Shown: positions 6,715-14,846, counted from the first letter of the stretch. The stretch: 32,000 bases of DNA from Halogeometricum borinquense DSM 11551 (GCF_000172995.2 NC_014735.1:90001-122000); one strand, 5' to 3'. Numbers and translations: made by a program. Notes: a model not told the origin generated them from the sequence alone.

Positions 6715-9700
6715 ATGAGAAAGAATACGAATCAGTTACGCACGTTACTTCTCGTAGCAGTAGTGGTAACGTCGGTATTCGCTAGTACTGCGACGTTCGC
6801 GGGGACGGCCGTGGCCGACACCGGAACGGTCACAGCCCCCGCAGAGGACGTCGAAGTCGGTACCGACGCGAACTTCACCGTTGAAGACACAGACAATCCG
6901 AACCCCGCGAAAATCGTCTACTTCAGCGACAGTGACGGGACGATAAACGAGGCGGAAACAAAGACGGGAGACGGCACAAACAAGTCGTTCACCGTCGGGA
7001 GGTCCATCGTCGATTCTGACCTCGACGGAAATCTCGACGACGAAGTGACCGTCACAAACACGTCGGATGGGTCCACGTACAACGTAAGCAGTATCGACCC
7101 CATCGACGGGAACGTCACCGTCGAAAACGCGCCGAACAGCAGCACAGAGATCGAAATAGCATACACCACCGCACCGGAAGCGCAGAACATCGATCTCTCG
7201 GGTGACGGGACGGTGACCGCAACGATCGGAACGGCCAAGTCGAACGCCAACACGGACGACGGGATTCTCAAAGTGGCTGCCGGCGATACACTTACCGCCG
7301 CGTACTGGGATGCGAGTGCGGGAGTCTACCGTTCTGCGACCGCCAGCGTAACGGCCGCCAACACGGCACCGACGGCGAACGACGACACGACGACAGTCAC
7401 CAAAGGTGAAAGCGTCACTATCCCCGTCCTCGATAATGACGAAGACGATGGGAGCCTCAACACCTCCTCGGTGACCGTTGTCTCCGAACCGAGTGAAGGG
7501 GAGACGACGGTACACAGTAACGGTAGCATTACGTACACGCACACGGCTGACAGCGAAGCGAACGACTCGTTCACGTACGAAGTTGCGGACGACCAAGGAG
7601 AAGTCTCGAACACCGCCAACGTAGATGTGACCGTCGAAGTCGCCAACACGGCACCGACGGCGAACGACGACACGACGACGGTCAACAAAGGAGAGACCGT
7701 TACTGTCCCCGTCCTCGACAATGACGTGGACGATGGTACCTTCGACAACTCCTCTCTGATCGTGGTCTCGGGACCAAGCGAAGGGGAGACAACGGTGAAC
7801 AGTGACGGTACCATCACGTACACGCACACGGCCGATAGAGTGGCTGATGACTCGTTCAAATACAAAGTTGAAGACGACCAAGGAGTGGAATCGAACATCG
7901 CTACCGTGGATGTGACTGTCGAGACCGCCGTACCTGATAACACGGCCCCCAAGTATCTTGCCAGCGCCCACTACGACGAGGACGAAGGCGACGGAGACAC
8001 TGAAATCGAACTCTCGTTCAGTGAACCCGTCGAGAACCTCGGAGACTCAGAGATATACATCAACGGCGACCCGAAAGGAACGCTCAGCGGGTACGCCGCC
8101 AGTATCGATCACACCGGTGGTCGGTACGTTGCGACGCTCGACGGCAACCAAGTGAACACGGGCGATATCAAAATCCGACTCGCCGACGATATTACGGATA
8201 CGTCGGACTCGGAGAACCGTCTCAGTAACCCCGGAAACAAATCGGTCGTCGTCGCACCGGTGACCGTCTCGGAAGCCGAGCGAAATCTGAACGTGTACAT
8301 CGGAACGAAAATTGCCGTCGTCGGAGACTCTCCTAATACGCCCGTCGAAATCGTCAACGGGGACTATCAGGCCGGTTCGACCGGCGACAACAGCCACGTC
8401 TACATCTTCGATACGGCCAACGAAGATACCGACGACTACGACATCACTATCGGAAGTGGCGCAGACGAAGTCGAGGTCGAAGTCATACTCCGTAACCTTG
8501 CTCTCGACATCGATATCGACGACCGAAACGTCACCGAAGATGAGACAATCGAAGGGATGGTCTCCTCGAAAGACGGTAACCGACCGGTCACACTCGAGCT
8601 CCTTGACGATGACGGCGACGTCGTCAAGGGGAGCACTATTACGGGCAGATTCGACGGACAGGCGGAGTACGAGTTCAGCCTCGACGCGTCGAGTCTCGAT
8701 CTCGATCCCGGAGAGTACAACCTCAGAGTAACCGACGACCAGTCCGGTGTCCAAGAGGAGTCCCGAGACATCACGGTCACCGAAGCTGGCATCGGAGTCG
8801 CTGAGATTCCCGGTGACCGAACCTTCTACGAAGACCGCGGTGACGTGGCAAAGATTGCAATCGACATTCGGAATACCGACACAGCGACGTTGGCAATCGG
8901 GAATTCCGATAAGGGATTCAGGTCCAACGTGACAGTCAAAGACGGCAACGAAGACGGGAGAGTCGAACTCCTGTTCAACACCTACGCCGTCACGGGCTTA
9001 GAAGGCGAACTCTCGGACAGCGAGCGCGATGCTGTCTACTCCACGAACAACTCCGAGGACAGCGTGACGGACGCCGACGTAGACGAGCAGAACTCGGTCA
9101 GTAGCCTTCTCGAAGGGGCGAGTTACCCGCTCGAAGTGAGGGCCGGAGAGAGTTCGGACATGTCGGACTCGCAGGGTGTTGGACAGCTCATCCTCCAAGA
9201 ACGTGAGACGTCGTGGATACAGAGTTGGACTGCACCGTCGCAAAGAAACTACGATACAGCCGACGAGATTCACGAGGCAATAACTACCAACAACCTTACA
9301 AAAAGTAACAAAGTTGCGTTCGGAGACTTAGCGGTCCATCGCATCAAGGCATCGGGGATCGAAGGCGCACTCAAAACAAAAGCCGACGACGTGGAAGATG
9401 CGTTCTTCGAACTCAGCGACGATGGAGACATCTCCTTTACGGTCGAGCAAGCTGACCCGGGTCCGAACCGCGAACCGTATCAATTCGTCCTTGACGGAAG
9501 TCACTCGGACGTCGTCGCCGACGGCGAGAACGACACATACTACGTCATCGTGGACACGGACGAAGTCGAGACCACCGAACGGAGCGTAGAACCCGAACAC
9601 AGTTTGACCGCCAACTTTACCGTCTTCGGAGACACGGGCCTCGCAGATGAGGAAGACCAAACGGTGAAGGCCAAGTACGAACTCGTTGAAGCTGAATTCG

Positions 9701-10194
9701 GGGTTGAAGAACCGCTGAACGTCTCTGCGACAGCAGACGAAGTCATCGGCGGCGAGACGAACCTCGCGCCCGGAACACAGATCGACATTCTGATTCGGGA
9801 CAGCGGCGACACGCGGCCACCGTTCGTGAAGACGGGTACCGCCTACGTCTCCGAGGATGGAACGTTCGAGAGCACGGTTGACTTCAGCGAACAGAGCGTA
9901 AACGATACGTTCGATGCCTTCATCGACGGCGGCCCCGCAGGTGAGGTCACCATCGAGGGGAACGTCGTCGATGACGGCGAGACGCCGACACCGACCGATA
10001 CCCCGATAACGTCGACGAGCACGACGACAACCGACACGTCCACCGATACGCCAACGCCCACGAAAACGGCAACGCCAACTGACACACCGACGCCCACGGA
10101 AACGCTCCAACCCGTCGATACGCCCGGATTCGGTATCCCCATCGCTGTCGTTGCCTTCCTCGCCGCGGCGCTCCTCGTGAGTCGCCGCGAGTAA
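6715..10194 (+). CDS. Large secreted cell-surface glycoprotein/adhesin with signal peptide, two tandem-95 (cadherin/Ig-like) repeats, an S-layer-glycoprotein-like region, a Thr/Pro-rich stalk and a PGF-CTERM anchor (1159 aa)
   Basis: The N-terminus MRKNTNQLRTLLLVAVVVTSVFASTATFAGTAVA is Sec-signal-like. The C-terminus reads ...TPTPTDTPITSTSTTTTDTSTDTPTPTKTATPTDTPTPTETLQPVDT-PGFGIPIAVVAFLAAALLVSRRE. I hand-counted about 19 N-x-S/T sequons. The segment GETNLAPGTQIDILIRDSGDTRPPFVKTGTAYVSEDGTFESTVDFS resembles haloarchaeal surface glycoprotein domains. Confidence 0.85.
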   Translation: MRKNTNQLRTLLLVAVVVTSVFASTATFAGTAVADTGTVTAPAEDVEVGTDANFTVEDTDNPNPAKIVYFSDSDGTINEAETKTGDGTNKSFTVGRSIVDSDLDGNLDDEVTVTNTSDGSTYNVSSIDPIDGNVTVENAPNSSTEIEIAYTTAPEAQNIDLSGDGTVTATIGTAKSNANTDDGILKVAAGDTLTAAYWDASAGVYRSATASVTAANTAPTANDDTTTVTKGESVTIPVLDNDEDDGSLNTSSVTVVSEPSEGETTVHSNGSITYTHTADSEANDSFTYEVADDQGEVSNTANVDVTVEVANTAPTANDDTTTVNKGETVTVPVLDNDVDDGTFDNSSLIVVSGPSEGETTVNSDGTITYTHTADRVADDSFKYKVEDDQGVESNIATVDVTVETAVPDNTAPKYLASAHYDEDEGDGDTEIELSFSEPVENLGDSEIYINGDPKGTLSGYAASIDHTGGRYVATLDGNQVNTGDIKIRLADDITDTSDSENRLSNPGNKSVVVAPVTVSEAERNLNVYIGTKIAVVGDSPNTPVEIVNGDYQAGSTGDNSHVYIFDTANEDTDDYDITIGSGADEVEVEVILRNLALDIDIDDRNVTEDETIEGMVSSKDGNRPVTLELLDDDGDVVKGSTITGRFDGQAEYEFSLDASSLDLDPGEYNLRVTDDQSGVQEESRDITVTEAGIGVAEIPGDRTFYEDRGDVAKIAIDIRNTDTATLAIGNSDKGFRSNVTVKDGNEDGRVELLFNTYAVTGLEGELSDSERDAVYSTNNSEDSVTDADVDEQNSVSSLLEGASYPLEVRAGESSDMSDSQGVGQLILQERETSWIQSWTAPSQRNYDTADEIHEAITTNNLTKSNKVAFGDLAVHRIKASGIEGALKTKADDVEDAFFELSDDGDISFTVEQADPGPNREPYQFVLDGSHSDVVADGENDTYYVIVDTDEVETTERSVEPEHSLTANFTVFGDTGLADEEDQTVKAKYELVEAEFGVEEPLNVSATADEVIGGETNLAPGTQIDILIRDSGDTRPPFVKTGTAYVSEDGTFESTVDFSEQSVNDTFDAFIDGGPAGEVTIEGNVVDDGETPTPTDTPITSTSTTTTDTSTDTPTPTKTATPTDTPTPTETLQPVDTPGFGIPIAVVAFLAAALLVSRRE
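7357..7926 (+). repeat. Two tandem 285-bp (95-aa) intragenic repeats encoding cadherin/Ig-like 'tandem-95' modules
   Basis: Both copies begin with the same 38 nt, gccaacacggcaccgacggcgaacgacgacacgacgac, at 7357 and 7642. The protein copies ANTAPTANDDTTTV(T/N)KGE..PVLDND.DDG...YTHTAD...DSF.Y.V.DDQG..SN.A.VDVTVE are identical at about 70 of 95 positions by hand alignment. Confidence 0.9.
9979..10122 (+). repeat. Low-complexity Thr/Pro/Asp-rich stalk (probable O-glycosylation region)
   Basis: The 48 codons read ETPTPTDTPITSTSTTTTDTSTDTPTPTKTATPTDTPTPTETLQPVDT and lie immediately before the PGF motif. Confidence 0.8.
10123..10191 (+). other. PGF-CTERM sorting signal (archaeosortase A substrate motif)
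   Basis: The sequence PGF + GIPIAVVAFLAAALLV + SRRE forms the Pro-Gly-Phe, hydrophobic helix and basic tail tripartite signal. Confidence 0.85.
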
Positions 10195-10207
10195 CGACAG
10201 CAGCAAC

Positions 10208-10234
10208 TTGTTTTTCGACGCCGAAGCGGTTTTA
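10208..10234 (+). terminator. T-tract terminator region after the surface protein gene
   Basis: The sequence ttgTTTTTcgacgccgaagcggTTTTa has a T5 at 10211-10215 and a T4 at 10230-10233, starting 14 nt after the stop codon. Confidence 0.45.
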
Positions 10235-10319
10235 TCCGAACTCAGATGCGAATTTGCGAGCGGTAGCTGGTCGTCCAAATGAGTCCGAGTACGGGAACAA
10301 CCCGATTATATTACTAATG

Positions 10320-10325
10320 TATATT
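10320..10325 (+). promoter_or_regulatory. TATA-like box TATATT for the tenA operon (leaderless spacing)
   Basis: The centre lies about 27 nt upstream of the ATG at 10350. A second AT-rich element, ttatatt, is at 10306-10312. Confidence 0.4.
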
Positions 10326-10349
10326 GCGCTGGAGTCGATACAGTCGGCT

Positions 10350-11015
10350 ATGGCATTCACAGACGACCTGTCAGCGGTCGCGGACCCGGTATGGGACGCC
10401 ATCGTCGCCCATCCGATGGTCGAACAGTTGGGAGCAGGCACTCTCAGTACGGAGCCGTTCGAGTACTGGGTCAGGCAGGACTACGTCTATCTGGTGGACT
10501 ACTCACGGGTGTTCGCCTACGGGGCGGCGACGGCGCCGGACCTCGACAAAATGGGGACGTTCGCCGAACTCCTCGATTCGACCATTAACACGGAGATGGA
10601 TCTTCACCGCGCCTACGCCGCGGAGTTCGGTATCTCGGAGGCGGAGTTAGAAGCGACCGAAGCATCGCCAACGACCAGAGCGTACACCGACTTCCTCGTC
10701 CGCGTCGCGGCAACGGGAACGTTCGGTGACCTCGTCGCCGTTCTCCTGCCGTGCATGTGGGGATTCAACGAGACGGCGAAACGGCTAGAATCCGAAGGGA
10801 TGCCCGACGACGACCGGTACGCCGAGTGGATACAAACGTACGCGGGCGAGGAGTTCACCGAACTGACGACGTGGTGCAAAGAGTTGATGAACGACGTGGC
10901 GGTGGGGCGGAGCGACGCGGAGCGTGAACGGTTCCGAAACCTGTTCGAGACCTCCGCTCGCTACGAGTACCGATTCTGGGACGCCGCGTGGCGACAGGAG
11001 GAGTGGTCGATATGA
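10350..11015 (+). CDS. tenA: TenA family thiaminase II / aminopyrimidine aminohydrolase, Cys-type (221 aa; the track ORF starts at the TTG at 10254)
   Basis: The sequence reads MAFTDDLSAVADPVWDAIVAHPMVEQLGAGTLSTEPFEYWVRQDYVYLVDYSRVFA...AVLLPCMWGFNE...ARYEYRFWDAAW. This shows the TenA/THI-4 helical pattern, including the QDY motif, the LPC motif at the catalytic Cys position and the C-terminal Glu. Confidence 0.85.
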   Translation: MAFTDDLSAVADPVWDAIVAHPMVEQLGAGTLSTEPFEYWVRQDYVYLVDYSRVFAYGAATAPDLDKMGTFAELLDSTINTEMDLHRAYAAEFGISEAELEATEASPTTRAYTDFLVRVAATGTFGDLVAVLLPCMWGFNETAKRLESEGMPDDDRYAEWIQTYAGEEFTELTTWCKELMNDVAVGRSDAERERFRNLFETSARYEYRFWDAAWRQEEWSI

Positions 11016-11779
11016 GCCGTGAAGAGACAGCGTCGGAGCGCGTCCCCGAGACGTTCGAGGCGTACGCCGAGACGACGGACGAAGCCCGGTTCACCGACTG
11101 GCTTCGGGAGCGTTCGCAACCAGACTGGGACGCAGCGACGACACACCGCTTCACGCGCGAACTCGGTGCTGACGAACTCGACGACGAAGTGTTCCGGCGG
11201 TATCTCGTGCAGGATTACGCGTTCCTCGAAACGCTGGTCGGTCTCGTCGGCCACGCCGTGGGCGATGCACCGACGATGGCGGCGAAAAGCCAACTCACGG
11301 AGTTTCTCGGGACGCTCACGGCCGACGAAAACGACTACTTCGAGCGTTCGTTCGAGGCCCTCGGCGTTCCGCCAGAGACGTACACCGATCCGGACCTGAC
11401 GCCGACGACGATGGCGATGGAGGACCTGCTCGAACGGGCCGCACGTGAAGGCGGGTACGCCGAAACGCTCGCCGTCTTCGTGCCCGCCGAGTGGATTTAC
11501 CGGGAGTGGGCAACTGCGGTCGCCAACGAGTCGCCCTCGCGGTTCTACCTCGCAGAGTGGATAGAACTCCACGCCGTCGAGGAATTCCAAGCCGTTGTCG
11601 GATGGTTGCGCGACGAACTCGACCGGGAAGGGGCCGCCGCCGCACCGCAGCGACGACGACGCCTCGAACGACTGTTCCGACGCACGGCATCGTTGGAAGT
11701 CGCGTTCTTCGACGCGGCATATGACTCAGACGGCAAGAGCGCGACGGGCGACGCGGACGTGCCCGGAGGTGAGAAGTAA
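11012..11779 (+). CDS. Second TenA/THI-4/PqqC-family paralog lacking the catalytic Cys (255 aa; the track ORF starts at 10988)
   Basis: The sequence reads ...WDAATTHRFTRELGADELDDEVFRRYLVQDYAFLETLVGL...LAVFVPAEWIYREW...ASLEVAFFDAAY. The position aligned with LPCMW in the upstream paralog reads VPAEW. The ATG at 11012-11014 overlaps the upstream stop at 11013-11015 (ATGA). Confidence 0.75.
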   Translation: MSREETASERVPETFEAYAETTDEARFTDWLRERSQPDWDAATTHRFTRELGADELDDEVFRRYLVQDYAFLETLVGLVGHAVGDAPTMAAKSQLTEFLGTLTADENDYFERSFEALGVPPETYTDPDLTPTTMAMEDLLERAAREGGYAETLAVFVPAEWIYREWATAVANESPSRFYLAEWIELHAVEEFQAVVGWLRDELDREGAAAAPQRRRRLERLFRRTASLEVAFFDAAYDSDGKSATGDADVPGGEK

Positions 11780-13359
11780 TGGTGAGTTCAACTATCGCGC
11801 TCGCCCTCACAGTCGCCACGCTCGTCATCTTCACCGGGATCGGTGTCTGGTTCTCACGCGGGAAAGTCGAATCCGTCGAAGACCTCATCACCGCCCGGAA
11901 CGCGACCGGCGAGGGGCAGATGAGCGCCACCCTCATCGCCTCGGTCATGGGCGTCTGGATTCTACTGTCAGCCCCCGAGGCGGGGGCGCTATACGGCATT
12001 GCGGCCGTCATCGGTTACGGAATCGGTGAGGCGGTACCAATGCTCGCGTACTCGCGTCTCGGCCCGCGGATTCGGGAGTTGATTCCGGAAGGACACTCGC
12101 TCACCGAGTACGCCTACGCGCGGTACGGTGGCGCGATGTACGCCTTCGTCATCGTTGTCAGCGTTCTCTACATGTTCGTGTTCCTCGCCGCGGAACTGAC
12201 GGGGATTTCGCTGGCACTCAATCACGTCGCCGGGATCCCACAGTGGCAGACGGCGGTCCTCGTCGGCGGCTTCGTCCTTCTGTACACCGGCTACGGCGGT
12301 CTCCGAGCGAGTATCTTCACCGACACGATTCAGACGATGGTGATACTCCCGCTACTCGTCCTCAGCGTCGCCGCGGTCATACTGACGCTTGGCGGTCCCG
12401 GCGCGATTCACCAAGGCGTCGTCGAAGCGAACGCGACACTCCTCGACCCCGGATTTGTCCCCGGGCTTAGGTTCGGTATCGCGCTCGTATTCGCCGTCCT
12501 CGGCGCGGAACTCGTTAATCAGACGTGGTGGCAACGCATCTACGCCGCCACCGATTCAGGCGTACTCGAACGTGGCTTCCGAACCGCAACGGTCGCAAAC
12601 GGTCTCATCCTCGTGTTGGCGACGCTCCTCGGCGTCGTCGCCGTCGGCAACGCCGACGTGGTGACGCAACTCGGAAGCGAGAACTACAACGCCGGTATCG
12701 CCTTCTTCGTGCTACTCGAAGGCGTATTCGGGGAGTGGTTAGTCCTCGGCGTCCTCCTGCTCGCGCTCACGCTTGTGATGAGTACGGCAGACACGCTGTT
12801 CAACGCGTTGTCGAGTCTCGTGACCGCCGATCTCCCCCGACTGCTCAACGACCCGGACGACCGAACGCTGCGACTCGGCGCACGCGCAGTTACCGTCGTC
12901 GTCGCTGTCGCGGCAATCGCCGTCAGTCTTCGTGCGCGGAGCGTCCTCCGCTTGTTCTTCGTCGCCGACTTACTCGGGGCCGCCGTCGGCTTCCCGCTCG
13001 TCTACGGGCTCTTCACCGGGCGACTCTCCGGAGCGGGGGCGCTGGCAAGCAGTATCACCGGGCTGGCAGTAGGGAGCGCCTTCTTCCCCTTCCCGTTCGG
13101 GCTTCACGGGCTGGTGGACGGACTGCTCGGCGGTGCGCTACCCGCACCTGACGCAACTTACCTGCTCCCGTTCGCCAGCGCCTTCCTCGTCTCGACGGTG
13201 CTGGCGCTAGCCGCCGCACGACTCTCGACCGACGAGTTCGACCTGAGTCGCCTCTCGCGGGAGATTCGGAGACTCGACGAACCGGTTCCGGATGGCGGGA
13301 CCGCATCCGAAACTGGGAGACAACTGCAGACTGAAGACACGACTGAGGTGAGCGAGTGA
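11779..13359 (+). CDS. Sodium:solute symporter (SSS) family permease, 526 aa
   Basis: The protein is multi-TM and hydrophobic, with SSS-like features: ...GIGVWFSRGKVESVEDLITARN...GGLRASIFTDTIQTMVIL...TWWQRIYAA. The ATG at 11779 overlaps the TAA of the preceding gene at 11777-11779. Confidence 0.85.
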   Translation: MVSSTIALALTVATLVIFTGIGVWFSRGKVESVEDLITARNATGEGQMSATLIASVMGVWILLSAPEAGALYGIAAVIGYGIGEAVPMLAYSRLGPRIRELIPEGHSLTEYAYARYGGAMYAFVIVVSVLYMFVFLAAELTGISLALNHVAGIPQWQTAVLVGGFVLLYTGYGGLRASIFTDTIQTMVILPLLVLSVAAVILTLGGPGAIHQGVVEANATLLDPGFVPGLRFGIALVFAVLGAELVNQTWWQRIYAATDSGVLERGFRTATVANGLILVLATLLGVVAVGNADVVTQLGSENYNAGIAFFVLLEGVFGEWLVLGVLLLALTLVMSTADTLFNALSSLVTADLPRLLNDPDDRTLRLGARAVTVVVAVAAIAVSLRARSVLRLFFVADLLGAAVGFPLVYGLFTGRLSGAGALASSITGLAVGSAFFPFPFGLHGLVDGLLGGALPAPDATYLLPFASAFLVSTVLALAAARLSTDEFDLSRLSREIRRLDEPVPDGGTASETGRQLQTEDTTEVSE

Positions 13360-13484
13360 TGGCCGCAATCGGGCCAACGATGTTCAGTATACTCCTCTGG
13401 GGGAGCGTCCTCGGCGTCTTCCTCGTCTTCGTCTTCGAGGTGTACACGCTCGCCGGCGGAACGTCTCGATTAGTACGGAACTAG
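13359..13484 (+). CDS. 41-aa single-pass membrane micro-protein, translationally coupled to the SSS permease (absent from the track)
   Basis: My own translation is MAAIGPTMFSILLWGSVLGVFLVFVFEVYTLAGGTSRLVRN. The ATG at 13359-13361 overlaps the permease stop at 13357-13359 (TGATG). It has one clear hydrophobic helix and GC-rich third codon positions. Confidence 0.5.
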   Translation: MAAIGPTMFSILLWGSVLGVFLVFVFEVYTLAGGTSRLVRN

Positions 13485-13494
13485 AACGAACACA

Positions 13495-13502
13495 TTTTTA
13501 TC
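13495..13502 (+). promoter_or_regulatory. TATA-like box TTTTTATC for the Nramp-like gene (leaderless spacing)
   Basis: The centre lies about 25 nt upstream of the ATG at 13524. Confidence 0.45.
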
Positions 13503-13523
13503 TCCAAGTAATATCACCGAGGT

Positions 13524-14846
13524 ATGAGCGAAATGACGGGTGAAACGGGTGTTCAAAGCGGAACTGCACGGGGGTATCTGAGTGAGATGGGGCCGTCGTG
13601 GGTGGCCGGGGCAATCGCCGCCGGGCCGGCCTCGATGGCGAGTCTGATCACCGCCGGTGCTGGCTTCGGCTACTCGCTGTTGTGGGTCGTGCTACTCTCC
13701 GCTGTCGCCGGGACAGTCGCACAGTATCTTGCGATGCGACTAGGGTTGCTCTCCGGGCAGGGTATTGTAACTCTCGTCGAGTCGTATCTCGGTGAGTCGT
13801 GGGCGTGGATCCTCGTGGTGGACGTGGTCGTCGCCGCCGGTGTGGCACAACTGGTTATCATGAAAACGGTTGCCTCCGTGTCGGCGACGATAACCGGTAT
13901 CGACGCCCGAATCTGGGGTGTGATCTGGGCCGTCATCCTTCTCGCCGGGCTTGCTGGGCGTGGCTACCGCTTCCTCGAACTCGCGGCGAAGGCGCTCGTC
14001 GCCGCTGTTGTCCTCGCATTCGTCGCCTCGGCGTTTATCGTCCCCATCGACGCCGGAAGCGCAGTTCAGGGACTGATCCCGACACTCCCGTCCAACGGTG
14101 CCCTCGTCGCCGCGGGCATCCTCGGCGGCGCGGTTCATATTACGCTGATCACGATGCACTCGTACACGATGCGAGCGCGCGGGTGGGACGAATCCGACTA
14201 CGGTCTCGCCACGTTCGACGTGATAGCCTCGATGCTCGTCGCGTTCGGGATCTACAGCATCTCGATATTCCTCGTCGCTGCCAGCGTCCTCTCGGATCCG
14301 AACCTGACGACGGTCGGGGCCGCCCAAGCCCTCGGTCCACTCGTCGGACCAAATGCGAAGTGGTTGTTCCTCCTCGGACTGGGCGGTGCGGCGGTTTCGA
14401 CGCTCGGTGGGAACACTATCGTTCCGCCGTTCGTCGTCGCGGACAAACTCGGCTGGGGGACGACCGTCGAGGACTCCCGTTACCGCGCGCTGCTCGCTGC
14501 GTTCGCCCTTCTCTCCGCACCCGGTGCGTTCATCGGAGGGCAGGTCATCGGACAACTCGTCCTCGTTCTTGCACTCGGGACGGTTGGAACGCCGTTCGCT
14601 ATCGCTGTGGTGCTGTACCTTCTGAACTCCGAGGCAGTCCCGAAGTCGAACGCGACGCTCGCAAACGCCGGTGGCGTCGGCATCTTGCTCGTCTCGGGCG
14701 CACTCGCCGCAAACTTCGTCCGGGGACAGATCGCCGGTGGTGTCGAACTCCTGTCGGGGGCGGTTCTGGCGTTCGCCGTTATTCTCGGCGTCGCAATCGT
14801 CGTTCTCCTCGGAAAGTACGTCCGCGAAGAGGTGTCGGTCGCCTGA
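13524..14846 (+). CDS. Nramp-fold (MntH-like) membrane transporter with a non-canonical substrate site, 440 aa
   Basis: GPSWVAGAIAAGPASMASLITAGAGFGYSLLWVV aligns without gaps to the MntH TM1 region GP......DPGN.....AGA.FGY.LLW. AGILGGAVHITLITMHS aligns to the TM6 region AGIVGATVMPHVIYLHS. The canonical DPGN and MPH motifs are replaced by GPAS and HIT. Confidence 0.8.
   Translation: MSEMTGETGVQSGTARGYLSEMGPSWVAGAIAAGPASMASLITAGAGFGYSLLWVVLLSAVAGTVAQYLAMRLGLLSGQGIVTLVESYLGESWAWILVVDVVVAAGVAQLVIMKTVASVSATITGIDARIWGVIWAVILLAGLAGRGYRFLELAAKALVAAVVLAFVASAFIVPIDAGSAVQGLIPTLPSNGALVAAGILGGAVHITLITMHSYTMRARGWDESDYGLATFDVIASMLVAFGIYSISIFLVAASVLSDPNLTTVGAAQALGPLVGPNAKWLFLLGLGGAAVSTLGGNTIVPPFVVADKLGWGTTVEDSRYRALLAAFALLSAPGAFIGGQVIGQLVLVLALGTVGTPFAIAVVLYLLNSEAVPKSNATLANAGGVGILLVSGALAANFVRGQIAGGVELLSGAVLAFAVILGVAIVVLLGKYVREEVSVA

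Noticed and set aside
6745-7971. Long ORFs antisense to, or out of frame with, the called genes. Examples are 6745-7971(-), 9328-10278(-), 10961-11590(-), 11316-12011(-), 12525-13151(+), 13740-14555(-), 13799-14860(+), 15053-15709(+), 20036-20800(-), 25334-26023(-), 26533-27336(+), 27604-28371(+), 29063-29995(-) and 29949-30746(+).
   Set aside because: Their products are Arg/Ser/Pro/Gly-rich and basic and lack motifs. They completely overlap ORFs with clear family signatures and acidic composition. Such shadow ORFs are expected in high-GC DNA.
10195-10349. A TPP riboswitch or other leader RNA upstream of the tenA operon.
   Set aside because: The TATA-like box is only about 27 nt from the ATG, which leaves no room for a riboswitch. 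I saw no TPP-riboswitch-like conserved core (CUGAGA ... ACCUGA).
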